64,000 nt of DNA from NCBI GenBank assembly GCA_963842945.1, contig CAWJIM010000016.1, positions 32,001 to 96,000 of the forward strand, read 5' to 3'. The notes under the pieces are model-generated. The model searched no databases, had not been told where the DNA came from, and saw only the letters and a program-made list of their open reading frames with translations. A program made the position numbers and the translations under genes. Each line of letters opens with the position of its first letter. Positions within the stretch are counted from its first letter, which is position 1. The stretch comes from an uncultured Gemmatimonadales bacterium. Its GTDB lineage: Bacteria > Gemmatimonadota > Gemmatimonadetes > Gemmatimonadales > GWC2-71-9. Of the stretch, positions 12,446 through 22,687 are shown in pieces.

Positions 12446-12486
12446 GGAGCATGAGCGGCGGGAGCACGGGGGAGGCTGGACGCCTA

Positions 12487-13124
12487 ATGCGGATGAGAAG
12501 GCGTCTCCCGCTGGACTATCGCAGCGGCATCGCTGATCCTGCTGGCGCTTTACCTGCTGCCGCTCTGGAAGATTCAGCTGCACGCGCCGCAGTATCCCGA
12601 AGGGCTGGGCCTCCGGATCTGGGTGGACCGGATCACCGGGGCTCCAGCCCAACGACCTGAACAGCATCAACAATCTGAACCATTACATCGGGATGCACGC
12701 CATCCATCCGGATGACTTTCCCGAGCTCAGGTTCATGCCCTGGGTCCTGGGCGGCTTCATCGGGCTGGGTCTGCTGGTGGCGCTTACCGGGATCCGGGGA
12801 GCCCTCTATGCCTGGCTTCAGTTAATCGTCCTGGGCGCGGTGGCCGGGCTGGCCGACTTCTACCGCTGGGGCTACGCCTACGGCCACGAGCTGGACGAGC
12901 ACGCGGCCATCAAGGTACCCGGCATGAGCTACCAGCCACCGGTGATCGGATCCAAGCAGCTGCTCAACTTCCACGCGTCATCCTGGCCCGACCTGGGCGC
13001 CTGGGTCGTGGTTCTGGTCCTCGGCATCGGCCTGACGGTGGCTTGGCTCGAGTGGCGGAGGGCGCGTCGAAGCTCGCCGGCTTCGTTGGCTCTCGACCGG
13101 CCCACTCTGCGGGTGACCGCTTGA
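12487..13124 (+). CDS. Clade II nos membrane protein (NosB-like); frameshifts near 5' end
   Basis: LPLWKIQLHAPQYPEGLGL, INNLNHYIGM, YGHELD..A.IKVPGM.YQPP; position between nosZ and nosD. Confidence 0.8.
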
Positions 13125-14360
13125 GGCTGACTCTCGCTTCCCTTCTGGCCTGCTGGCTGGCGAATGCCGCCTCGGCGCAGTCGCCCTTGGTCGTGGTCGA
13201 CCCTGGCGGCCCGGTCACCACGCTCACCCAGGCGCTGAGGCTGGCCCCGCGACACGGGCGGATTCTGGTGCGGGCCGGTACCTATCGCGAGCCGAGGCTG
13301 CTGGTGGATCGGCCAGTGACGATCGAGGGAGAGGGCTGGCCTGTGTTCGTCGGCGGCGATCACGAGGTCTTCACCGTTACCGCGGACAGCGTCACCATCC
13401 GCGAGCTTGCGATCAGCCGGATCGTGGCCACTGGAGCGGAAGACCGGGCAGCGATCCGGCTTTCCGGTGTCCGCCACTGCAGGGTGGAGAACACCAGGCT
13501 GGACGACACCTTCTTCGGCATCTATCTGGCCAAGTCAGCAGACTGCCTGCTTGAGGGAAACATCATCCGGGGCCGGGCGAAGACTCAGGGGCTTGCCGGG
13601 AACGCCATTCACTCCTGGAACTCGAGCCACCTCACCATCCGGAACAACTAACCTCACCGGTCACCGGGACGGCATTTATCTCGAGTTCACCACTGCGTCG
13701 ACTATCCAGAACAACCGAAGCTCGGGAAATCTGCGCTATGGCCTTCACTTCATGTTTTCCCATCACTGCGACTACACCGGGAACTCGTTTGTGAAGAAAC
13801 CGGGGCGGGGTCGCCGTGATGTATAGCGACTCGGTCACCATGCGGCAGAACCGGTTCGAGGCCAGCTGGGCTCGGCGGCCTACGGCCTCCTGCTCAAGGA
13901 GCTCAAGGACAGCCGGATCGAGGACAACCAGTTCACCGCAAATACGGTGGCGCTCTGGACCGAGGGCACCAGCCGGGTCATGGTGAGCGGCAACCGGTTC
14001 GTGAATAACGGGTGGGCCATCCGGGTGCTGGGCGACGCATCGGACAACGTCTTCCGGCGGAATCGCTTCGCGGCAAACTCGTTCGACGTGGGAGCCACCG
14101 AGGGCCACAGCGACAATCTGTTCCTGGAGAACTACTGGGACCGCTACCGGGGCTACGACCTGGATCGCGACGGATTCGGCGACGTGCCGTTTCAGCCGGT
14201 CACCCTGTTCGCCTTCCTGGTCCAGCAGAGCCCGCCGACTCTGATCTTGCTCCACAGCTTCTTCATCGACCTGCTGGATCTGGCGGAGCGGGCGCTGCCG
14301 GCGCTGGCGCCGGAAACGCTGCTCGATCCGCATCCGCTGATGCAGTGGAGCAGCTCATGA
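13121..14360 (+). CDS. nosD: N2O reductase maturation protein NosD; several frameshifts
   Basis: Parallel beta-helix repeats, GHRDGIYLEF, LRYGLHFMFS, NYWD.Y.GYDLDRDGFGDVP. Confidence 0.9.
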
Positions 14361-14384
14361 CAGCGATGAGGATCGAGATGTCGC

Positions 14385-15132
14385 ATGCCAAACTATCCCT
14401 CGACCTCGCCCGGCCTGGCGCTGGAGTTGCAGGAGGTCAGCAAACGGTTCGGTCGGAACCGGGTGCTCGATCAGGTGAGCTTCGAGGTTCGCCCTGGCCG
14501 GGTAAGTGCCATCCTGGGTCCCAACGCGGCGGGCAAGTCCACTGCCATGAAGATCGTTTTGGGACTGGTGCGCCCGGACAGCGGCCGGGTCCTGGTTAAC
14601 GGCATTCCTGCCGGCGGACGACCCCGAGTACCGATCCAGTATCGCGTATATGCCTCAAAACGCCCGCTTCCCCGATAACCTGACCGGGCATGAGGTGGTC
14701 CGCCATGCTGCGCGACCTCCGGCGCGGACAAGTTCCGGGGACGACCGGCTGTTTCAGGAGCTCGGGGTTGACGATGCAGCTGGGCAAGCCAATCCGAACG
14801 CTCTCGGTGGGTACCAGGCAGAAGCTCAATGCCGCCATCGCGTTCATGTTTCGGCCCTCTCTCCTGATCCTGGACGAACCCACGGCGAGCCTCGATCCGG
14901 TGGCCAGCAACGTGCTCAAGACCCGGATTTCCGAGAGCCCGGAATGAGGGGTCCACCGTCGTTACTCACCTCTCACGTGCTGGCCGAGGTGGAGGAGCTG
15001 GCCGACGACGTGGTCCTGCTGCTGGAGGGCAAGGTCGCCTTTGCCGGAACTCTCCGGCATCTGGAGCAGATGACCGGGGAGCCACGGCTGGAGCGCGCGG
15101 TGGCCTGTCTGATGAAGCGAGTGGCGTCATGA
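14385..15132 (+). CDS. nosF: ABC ATPase NosF; frameshifted
   Basis: GPNAAGKST Walker A, LS.GTRQK signature, LILDEPT, TSH; between nosD and nosY. Confidence 0.85.
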
Positions 15133-15915
15133 GCGCGGGACTGATCGTGCTGAAGCACCAGGTCAACAATCTGCGGCGCAGCCGCTGGCTGCCGGGCTAT
15201 GTGCTGGTGCTGGTGGTGCTCACCGACTCGCTGCTCCGCTTCGGCGGCGCTGGTCCCCAGACGGTCGTGAGTCTGCTGAATGTGGTGCTGATCGTGGTCC
15301 CCCTGGTGAGCCTGGTGTTCGGGACCCTCCACCTATATGGAGCTCGCGAGTTCGCCGAGCTGATTCTGGCCTAGCTGGTGGGACGAGGATCGCTCTATGC
15401 GGGCCTCGACGGGGGTTTGCGCTGCCGCTGGCAGCCGGATTTACGGCCGGCGTCGGCCTGCCCTTCCTCTGGGGCGGGGGTGATCAGGACCGGCGGGCCG
15501 CTGGGGATTCTGCTTCTGGCCGGCGTCATGCTGACCCTGGTCTTCAGCGGTCTCGCCTTCCTGATCGCCCTCACTTTCGACGACAAGGCCCGCGGCCTCG
15601 GCGCGTCCCTCGTGATCTGGCTGGGCATCACCGCGCTGTACGACGGCTTTCTCCTCTTCGTGATCGGCGCCTTTGCCGACCGGCCGCTGGAGCTGCCGCT
15701 GATTGGACTGACTCTGCTGAATCCGGTGGACCTGGCGCGCATACTCATTCTGCTCCGGCTGGATACCGCGGTGTTGATGGGGTATACCGGAGCAGTGTTC
15801 GAGAGATTCTTCGGAGGATCAGCAGGCCTGGTCGTAGCGGCTCTGGCGCTGCTGGGCTGGGTGGCCTTGCCCTTCGGGGCGGGGACTGAGACGTTTCCGC
15901 CGCAAAGATCTCTGA
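15129..15915 (+). CDS. nosY: ABC permease NosY; in-frame TAG at 15372 plus frameshifts
   Basis: Multi-TM, LNPVDLARIL.LL.LD...LMGYTGAVF, C-terminal FRRKDL*. Confidence 0.82.
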
Positions 15916-15942
15916 AGCGGAAATCTTCGAGGAACCCAGAGA

Positions 15943-16939
15943 ATGAGCCTCAGCGAGAACCCCTGGGAAGTCTCCGAGCAGGATTTCCCCTACGACGCAG
16001 ATATCGAAGACCAGCTTCGGTTTCTGCTCCGCTTTGCCATCCTGGCGCCGTCCGCTAGAAATTCCCAGCCCTGGTCCTTCAGGGTGAGAGGCAACAGGGT
16101 GTTGCTGCTGGCCGATTTTGCCCGAAGCCAGCCAGTGTCGGACCCCAACCGCCGTGAACTCTACATTGCATTGGCATGCGCCCTGGAAGATCTGCTCTGT
16201 TGCCGCCGAGCACCTCGGCTTTGAGCACTCTGTGGCTTACTTCCCTCGCCCGGGACAGCAGGATCTTGCCGCGATGATCGCTTTCCGGCCGGGCGGCACT
16301 GTCTCTCCAGCGCGTAGCGGAACGACCCTGGATGCAGTCCGCCGACGGCGGAATGAGACCGGACTGGTTCCACTCCACACCGGTTCCGACGCAGCTGCAG
16401 GAGCGGCTCACCGGCTGCTGCGTCGAACCTGACCTGGTGGTGAACCTGAGCGAGGATACCCTGTTCCATCGATGGATCGATGCGCTCACCATGGCATCCG
16501 ACCGGGCCGATCTGGCCAATCCGGCCTTTCGAATGGAGCTGCAGTACTGGAGGAGCCTCAGCGTCTTTGGCAGTCGGTTGGAACAAGGGCTGGCCAGTAC
16601 TGGCAAGCTCCCCATGAACCGGGAGGCGGTGGCGGTGCTGGATCATCTCGAGGTGGAGAGCGCTCCTGTAATCGGCCTCATCCGGGGCGCCGGTGACACT
16701 CACCTTATCCACCTCAAAACCGGACAAGTCTTCGAGCGGCTCTGGCTCACTGGCACTGCGCTGGGTGTCGGCATCAACCCCATGAGCCAGATGATGCGCC
16801 GGCCGGAGTGAGATCGACGGTGAGGGAGCTGATGCCGTCGGTGGGCTGGGACCCTCAGCACCTGTTCCGGGTCGGCTACTCCAGCAACGACCCGGAGCCG
16901 CGCGCTCCCCGGCGATCACTGGAAGACGTGCTGTTGTAG
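15943..16939 (+). CDS. Acg-family FMN-binding nitroreductase-like protein (copy 1); frameshifted
   Basis: AILAPS.RNSQPW.F, DP..RELYI..C ALE, GQ.FER.WL..T..G..INPMSQ, PQHLFRVGY, PRR. Confidence 0.82.
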
Positions 16940-16967
16940 CTGAGCCGAAAGGGATACTTGGCCCGTG

Positions 16968-17804
16968 CTAGACAGCGCTCGGTTGGAGCGACTTGACGGA
17001 GAGCCTTCGACCAGGGGCACCGCCGACGGCAGCGACCAGAAGCCACATCGTGGCCGCTGAGGCTAGAGGGATCATCAGAAGGCGTGCACCGGTAAGCCCC
17101 GGCTGGGTAAAGACGATCGATACGAAGGAGACCGCTGCGTGCATGAGCATCACCAGCGGCAGGCTCCGGGTTCGCTCGTGGAGCTCAATCAGGAGCACGC
17201 GAAACGGCGGCAGCCAGGCGAACAGGCGCGTCAGCAGAATTGTGAACGGGAGGGTCGCGGAGAAACTGTCAACTTCCCAGAAAAGCGGGAAATGCCATGC
17301 GCCCCACACCGCACCGACCGCGAGTCCGGTCATCAGGATGGAATGACGCCTGCGCAGGTGGGGAACGGCAAAGCCAGTCCAGCCGCTCTCCTCGAAAGCG
17401 CCGACCATCAAGCTTGGGCCGATGGCGCCAATCAGGATCGCGCCTCTGTTCTCCGCGGCAAGGATGGCGGGGCGGAATTCGGAGGAGATCATCGATAGCA
17501 GCAGCGTCGTTCCGGTGATCGCCAGAGCGGGCAGGAGCGCCAAGGCGTACGCGCCAGGGGAAACACGCCAGTGGCCCAGCCGCGCCAGAAACTCTCTGAT
17601 GCCGGGAATCCCGTCGGTGAGCGCTATCATCAGAATGCCCGCCACGCTGGGTCCGGCTATGATCGCCAGGTAGACCATGGGTCCCAGGCTGGCGAATCGC
17701 TCGGCGCTCGGCGGAAAATCTCCCGGGGCGAGAATAAGGAGGCCGCCCCAGGAGAAGAGGAACACAAGACCGAAGTAGATCAGTACCGAGTGCCTCGGAC
17801 CCAT
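16968..17804 (-). CDS. CPBP/CAAX (Abi) family intramembrane glutamic endopeptidase
   Basis: EE.GW.G, WGAWH.P, MH motifs in a multi-TM protein. Confidence 0.85.
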   Translation of the reverse strand: MGPRHSVLIYFGLVFLFSWGGLLILAPGDFPPSAERFASLGPMVYLAIIAGPSVAGILMIALTDGIPGIREFLARLGHWRVSPGAYALALLPALAITGTTLLLSMISSEFRPAILAAENRGAILIGAIGPSLMVGAFEESGWTGFAVPHLRRRHSILMTGLAVGAVWGAWHFPLFWEVDSFSATLPFTILLTRLFAWLPPFRVLLIELHERTRSLPLVMLMHAAVSFVSIVFTQPGLTGARLLMIPLASAATMWLLVAAVGGAPGRRLSVKSLQPSAV

Positions 17805-17822
17805 TTGGCGTTGCCAACGCTG

Positions 17823-18914
17823 CTACGGGGTGTACTGCAGGTTGTTCCCCGGCACCGTTCCGCCGACCAGCTCGATCCGCGGCTGGCCCTTGAGCAGCAC
17901 CGTCGTAGCGGCGAGACCGGTGCGGGGGGCCGGCAGCGAGGCCACCGGAGTCCACAGGTCCGTGGCTGGATCGTATACGATGGTCTTGTCGATGGTCTCG
18001 GATCCGCCAAGAGCGGGGTTGTACCGTCTGCCACCGATGACGTACAGCTTGCCTCCCAGCACCGCCGTGGCTGCGCCGGGACGGGCAAATCCCAGGGCGT
18101 TCCTTGGCGTCCACTGGTTGGTGGCGGGATCATAGACGCTGAATCTCGAGTCCTCCCCATATCCGGCCATCACATAGAACTTCCCCGCAATGACCCCGCC
18201 CGCGTACGGTGAATAGGAAAACTCCGTAAAGGGAGAGGGCAGCGTGGTCCACCGGTCGGTGACCGGGTTGTACCGGAAAAAGAAGGGAGCTAGATGCTCG
18301 CTGCATCCCTCAGAGAAAGGGTCCCCCGGAAAGGAGGTGAAGCACGCTGTGACCACGTACAGCTTACCGCTGATCACGCCGGTCACGCCGCCGGCACCCA
18401 CCCTGTAGCGATCGCCCCCCTGGGTAAGTGGGATCTCCGGCATATCCCGCTTCCGGGTCCAGGCATTGGTAGCGGGATCGTACATATAGAGGGCGCTGGT
18501 CACAAAGTCATAGCGGGTTTCAAAGTACCCGCCGGAGACGTAAATCCTTCCGTTGATAACGCCGGCACCATTGGAACCGGCCAGAGGAACCGGCAGCGAA
18601 CGCCGGAAGGTCCAGGTATTGGTCGCGACGTTATACGCCGTCACCTTGCTGAGCGGGATCCGACTGGAGTTGCGGCCGCCGATGGCGTACACCATTGATT
18701 GCCCCGCGGCATTGGTCACCGTGGCCGCCGCCAGCTCGGTCCGGCTCGCGGGCATGTTGGCCAGGGTGGTCCAGCTGCCGGCCAGGACCTTCTCGGGGCC
18801 GGCCGGCGCAGGCTGAGCCGCCCCGGTGGCCTCGGTGGGCGCATCGTTGCCGCAGGCGGCAAGCCAAAAGGTGCTGAGCACCAGCGCGCCGGGCAGCAGT
18901 GAAGGGTATCTCAT
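17823..18914 (-). CDS. Kelch-repeat lipoprotein K2 (intact)
   Basis: Lipobox LAA-C; six Kelch blades (IGG..YNVATNTW, SGGY..YDPATNAW ...); C-end PRIELVGG..PGNNLQYTP. Confidence 0.9.
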   Translation of the reverse strand: MRYPSLLPGALVLSTFWLAACGNDAPTEATGAAQPAPAGPEKVLAGSWTTLANMPASRTELAAATVTNAAGQSMVYAIGGRNSSRIPLSKVTAYNVATNTWTFRRSLPVPLAGSNGAGVINGRIYVSGGYFETRYDFVTSALYMYDPATNAWTRKRDMPEIPLTQGGDRYRVGAGGVTGVISGKLYVVTACFTSFPGDPFSEGCSEHLAPFFFRYNPVTDRWTTLPSPFTEFSYSPYAGGVIAGKFYVMAGYGEDSRFSVYDPATNQWTPRNALGFARPGAATAVLGGKLYVIGGRRYNPALGGSETIDKTIVYDPATDLWTPVASLPAPRTGLAATTVLLKGQPRIELVGGTVPGNNLQYTP

Positions 18915-18953
18915 TGGGCCTCTCCCTATCTTGGAGGATCAGGATGATGCCCT

Positions 18954-19007
18954 ACTCTACAACCAAGGTCTGGAGAGGACGGTGAGATCGGGGTGAAGAA
19001 GTCTTAA
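18954..19007 (-). promoter_or_regulatory. CTTCA-repeat promoter box 6 (Kelch K2)
   Basis: Sense: TTAAG-N4-CTTCA-N6-TCTCA-N6-TCTCC-N12-TAGAGT. Confidence 0.68.
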
Positions 19008-19643
19008 CCCAACCGGAAGGGCGGATACTCGATCCGTCGTCAGAAGAAAGGCGTAGGCGTTTACCCTGAGCCCGTAGCGCAATACCCCGACGACGAAGTC
19101 GAAGAGTCCCGGTGGATACCGGCCGGTCAGCAGGATGGCAAACCAGGCCAGGATGACTGCGACTACCGCCGCCACGCCCAGGAAACAAAGAACGATGTAG
19201 TGCGGAATGGCCAGAAACCATTTGACCAGCGGAAGCCACCGACTCAGCTCCGTCGCGTCGGGATACGGTATCCAGACGTGCACCCCTTGCTCTTCGTCGG
19301 TCGAGGGATATTCGTCCCGCAGGAGCGCGAGGTAAGCCGCCACCCGGGTACTGAACCTGGTCAGCTCCAGGTTCCAGTCAAACCACCACCGGGGATATTT
19401 CTGCCGGAACAGCAACATCAGCATGGTCGGGAGGACCACAATTCCCCCGATGACGAAGACCGCTTGGTCCGACTGGTGATGCACGACCGGTCCGGACAAG
19501 AGACCCAGGATGACCCCGATGGGGATCACCAGGAAAATCCGGAAAAACGTCGTTTTCCAGTTCAGCTCTCGATCGGGATACTCGACCTCCAGCTCTGCCG
19601 GATAACCGTCAGTACCCTGGCTAATGAGCGGAATTCCATTCAT
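19004..19643 (-). CDS. DUF4389-family membrane protein (frameshift near 3' end; true end YPPFRLG*)
   Basis: Two repeats of L.IP....L / YP..LFDF......R..AY..LL.D.YP. Confidence 0.8.
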
Positions 19644-19672
19644 TGTGCCCCCCTGGTGTGGACTGATCCACA

Positions 19673-19716
19673 AGCTTGGGCGAAGCGGCTGAAGAAACCG
19701 TGAAGTGCGGCAGAAA
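19673..19716 (-). promoter_or_regulatory. CTTCA-repeat promoter box 7 (DUF4389 gene)
   Basis: Sense: TTTCT-N6-CTTCA-N6-CTTCA-N11-CAAGCT. Confidence 0.68.
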
Positions 19717-19743
19717 GCCGGCTTAACGCCCGGACGAGGCTCC

Positions 19744-20817
19744 ATGGTCATTCTGGTGATCAACTGCGGCAGCACCACGCTCAAGTACCGGCTCTTCCAG
19801 GCCAATGGCGCCGAGCTGACCGCGGTGGCGTCCGGTGCCGCGGAAATCAGGCTGGGTTACCGGGAGGCTGTGGCCCGCACCCTCCAGTCCTTGCCGAAAG
19901 TACCAGAGGCGATTGCCCACAGGGTAGTGCACGGCGGGAACCGGCTGACCGGCGTGGTACAGGTGGATGTCGGGGTGCTGAACCAGTTGCGCGAGCTCGA
20001 CTCTCTCGCTCCACTGCACAACCGCCCAGCCCTGGAAGGGATTGAGGCCACGCTCGCGCTCGGAGTCCCACTCCTGGCCGCTTTCGACACTGCATTTCAC
20101 CGAACCCTGCCGGCTCGGGCCTGGCGTTATGCCGTTCCAGCCCCGGAGCAGGTGCGGCGTTACGGGTTTCACGGGTGGTCCCACCAATCGGTCATGGAGC
20201 AGTACGCCCAACTCTCCGGCCACCCCCACCCCACGATGATCAGCCTGCACCTGGGGAGTGGTTGCTCCGCCACTGCCATCGAGCGGGGCAGATCGGTGGA
20301 TACCTCGATGGGATTCACGCCCCTGGAAGGGCTCGTGATGGGCACGCGGCCAGGCGATTTGGACTCGGGGGTCCTAACCCATCTGATGGCACAGGGCATG
20401 ACCTTGAACCAGCTGCGGCACCTGCTCTACCACGAATCGGGCCTCAGGGCAATTGCCGGAACCGACGACATGCGTGAGCTGCTGGGGAGAAACGATGAGG
20501 CGGCGCTGCTCGCGGTTGAGATCTTCTGCTACCGGGTGCTCAAGTACGTGGGTGCCTACCTGGCCATTCTGGGGGGAGCCGAGGCAATCGTGTTTACCGG
20601 TGGGATCGGCGAGCACTCGCCCGAGATCCGCCGCCGGGTATGTGATGGACTCAAGTGGCTGGGACTCACGCTGGACCAGCAGGCGAACGGCCGCGGTAAT
20701 CGCCGGATCTCCACGGCGGCGTCCAGTCTCGGCGTGTTCGTCCTCCCGGCGGAGGAAGAACGGGTGATCGCGCGTGAGGCCTGCGCCGTCCTAAGGCGAG
20801 ACGGCGCGACGGGCTGA
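19744..20817 (+). CDS. ackA: Acetate/propionate kinase
   Basis: ILVINCGSTTLK, HRVVHGG, APLHN, FDTAFH, RYGFHG, HLGSG, TSMGFTPLEGL, FTGGIGE. Confidence 0.95.
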   Translation: MVILVINCGSTTLKYRLFQANGAELTAVASGAAEIRLGYREAVARTLQSLPKVPEAIAHRVVHGGNRLTGVVQVDVGVLNQLRELDSLAPLHNRPALEGIEATLALGVPLLAAFDTAFHRTLPARAWRYAVPAPEQVRRYGFHGWSHQSVMEQYAQLSGHPHPTMISLHLGSGCSATAIERGRSVDTSMGFTPLEGLVMGTRPGDLDSGVLTHLMAQGMTLNQLRHLLYHESGLRAIAGTDDMRELLGRNDEAALLAVEIFCYRVLKYVGAYLAILGGAEAIVFTGGIGEHSPEIRRRVCDGLKWLGLTLDQQANGRGNRRISTAASSLGVFVLPAEEERVIAREACAVLRRDGATG

Positions 20818-20844
20818 CCGGCCGCGCCTTCTGCCGGTGTACTT

Positions 20845-21843
20845 TCACGCCAGCACCTTCCGGCAAGCCTGTACTCCGCTATCGCGCACCACACCATACT
20901 GGTTGATAAACTTCCACTCGTAACGATCCGCATACAGATCGAAACGTACAACACCCCACTCCACAAGGATATTCTCCGAATTGGGATGCCGCTGGATGAT
21001 GTCCCGCAGCCTCACTCCTCCGGTGCCAACTACAAACTGCCGGATACCAGCATTCGAAACCGTTCCATCCCGCAGCATCGGCCGCAGCCGCTCCCAACGG
21101 TGCGCATGACCACTGACGACAAACTCGCACCCACTCTCCTGAAGTGCTTGCCACATCGGACCTACGCGACCCTTCGAGGTCATATCCTTCTTATGATACT
21201 CACAGACGCTGGCGAACATCGGGTAATGCACCATCGCAAGGATGTGGTGTGTCGCTGCATACTTCGCCAGATCAGCCTTCAGCCATGCGAGTTGTTCAGT
21301 GAAGTCGGCCCCACCTTCATTGACGGTCATGCAAGTCAGCATGTAGACGCGCCAGTCGTTACCTAGCGTCTTTGCGTAATACCGTGGCGCTCCGGTGTAT
21401 GCGTAATACGCTGCTCCGCGAGGAAGGGCATACATCGTATCGTGATTGCCAATTCCGAAGATCGTTCGATCCTTGAATTGGCCCCACGACTGATGGTAAT
21501 ACTGCTGATACTCGATATCATGGCCGATGTGTGTCAGATCACCTATCGCGAATGCCCACGCACTCGGGTCTGCATCCAGCACTCGCTTCACCTGCGCTGC
21601 CGTCCTCCCTCTGGCCGCAAGATTCAGAACAGCGTGCTGATCCCCGGCTCCGATCAACGTGAACCGTCCTGCTACCGCCACATCGAATTGAGGATTGAAT
21701 ATCCGATCTACCGCACAGCCGAAATTGCTCAACAACAGCGGCGCAGCAGCAACCGTAGCAAGACTCTTGACCATATCGCGACGATTGAGGCTGTTGAGGT
21801 CGGATATTCTCAACTGCGCCTGGGCCCTCTTCTGGTTTAGCAC
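20845..21843 (-). CDS. Tat-exported calcineurin-like metallophosphoesterase
   Basis: RRDMVK Tat-like motif; GD.H, GD, GNHD, H.P, GHAH motifs; GGAGG RBS before GTG. Confidence 0.82.
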   Translation of the reverse strand: MLNQKRAQAQLRISDLNSLNRRDMVKSLATVAAAPLLLSNFGCAVDRIFNPQFDVAVAGRFTLIGAGDQHAVLNLAARGRTAAQVKRVLDADPSAWAFAIGDLTHIGHDIEYQQYYHQSWGQFKDRTIFGIGNHDTMYALPRGAAYYAYTGAPRYYAKTLGNDWRVYMLTCMTVNEGGADFTEQLAWLKADLAKYAATHHILAMVHYPMFASVCEYHKKDMTSKGRVGPMWQALQESGCEFVVSGHAHRWERLRPMLRDGTVSNAGIRQFVVGTGGVRLRDIIQRHPNSENILVEWGVVRFDLYADRYEWKFINQYGVVRDSGVQACRKVLA

Positions 21844-21881
21844 AGGGCTGCCTCCTGTAAGGGTGTTCACGTTACGGAGAC

Positions 21882-21926
21882 AAGATGCCCGAGCCATCGT
21901 GAAGCCAGGATGAAGGACAGGCGAAG
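21882..21926 (-). promoter_or_regulatory. CTTCA-repeat promoter box 8 (metallophosphoesterase)
   Basis: Sense: CTTCG-N6-CTTCA-N6-CTTCA-N12-CATCTT. Confidence 0.78.
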
Positions 21927-21946
21927 CTTTCCTGCAGGTGCCCAGG

Positions 21947-22000
21947 TGAAGACTCTTTCATGCCCGCTTCAGCCTCGGCTCAGCAGGTGTTTCCCAGATT
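21947..22000 (+). promoter_or_regulatory. CTTCA-repeat promoter box 9 (cheB-like gene; probably leaderless)
   Basis: TGAAG-N4-TTTCA-N6-CTTCA-N6-GCTCA-N12-CAGATT-N6-ATG. Confidence 0.75.
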
Positions 22001-22006
22001 TGTACC

Positions 22007-22651
22007 ATGAAGCAGCCCATACGCCTGGTCACCATTGCCGCGTCCGCCGGAGGTATTCCCGCGCTCCGCGAGCTGCTGGCAGCACTACCGGCCGATTACC
22101 CGGCCAGCGTTGCCATTGTTCAGCACCGGACCGAGCACAAGCCGGACCTCCTGTCTGGGGTACTTGCCCGCCGCTCCAAGCTGCCCGTGAGCCAGGTGCA
22201 GCCGGGTGAGCCGATTCTACCAGGCCATGTCTACCTGGCACCCGCTCGCGAGCACCTGCTGATCCTGGCCGACGAAACCTTTGCCACTACCGACGGCAGG
22301 AAGATCCACCATCTGCACTCTTCGGCCGACCCCCTGTTCGAGACGGCGGCCCAGGTCTTCGGTTCCGCCATGATAGCTGTGGTGCTCACCGGGGGTGACT
22401 CTGACGCCACCGATGGGGTGCAGGCCGTCAAGTCAGCCGGCGGAACAGTAATCGTGCAAGACGAGGCAACATCCCAGTGTTTCTCGATGCCCGCCTCGGC
22501 AATCAGGACCGGGGCAGTCGACTACATCCTGCCGTTGGGCGACATCGGACCGCGCGGTAGTGCGCCTGACCCGGCGCAGCAGAAATCACCAGGATATAAC
22601 TGCCGGCGCAGTAGGAGGCATCAGATGACTGCAGCTTCGGCGCGACAGTGA
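22007..22651 (+). CDS. Stand-alone CheB methylesterase domain protein (3' end probably frameshifted)
   Basis: ASAGG, VQH, S.D.LF, VLTG..D..G...VK..GG...VQDE, MP.SAI; no receiver domain. Confidence 0.85.
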   Translation: MKQPIRLVTIAASAGGIPALRELLAALPADYPASVAIVQHRTEHKPDLLSGVLARRSKLPVSQVQPGEPILPGHVYLAPAREHLLILADETFATTDGRKIHHLHSSADPLFETAAQVFGSAMIAVVLTGGDSDATDGVQAVKSAGGTVIVQDEATSQCFSMPASAIRTGAVDYILPLGDIGPRGSAPDPAQQKSPGYNCRRSRRHQMTAASARQ

Positions 22652-22687
22652 TTCGAGGCATCCATATTCCTGAAAGCGAGCGACTAA

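Noticed and set aside
15913..15930. TGAAG...CTTCG before Acg copy 1, and partial units before ackA (~19712-19726), as further boxes
   Set aside because: Spacing does not fit and no -10 hexamer at 11-12 nt
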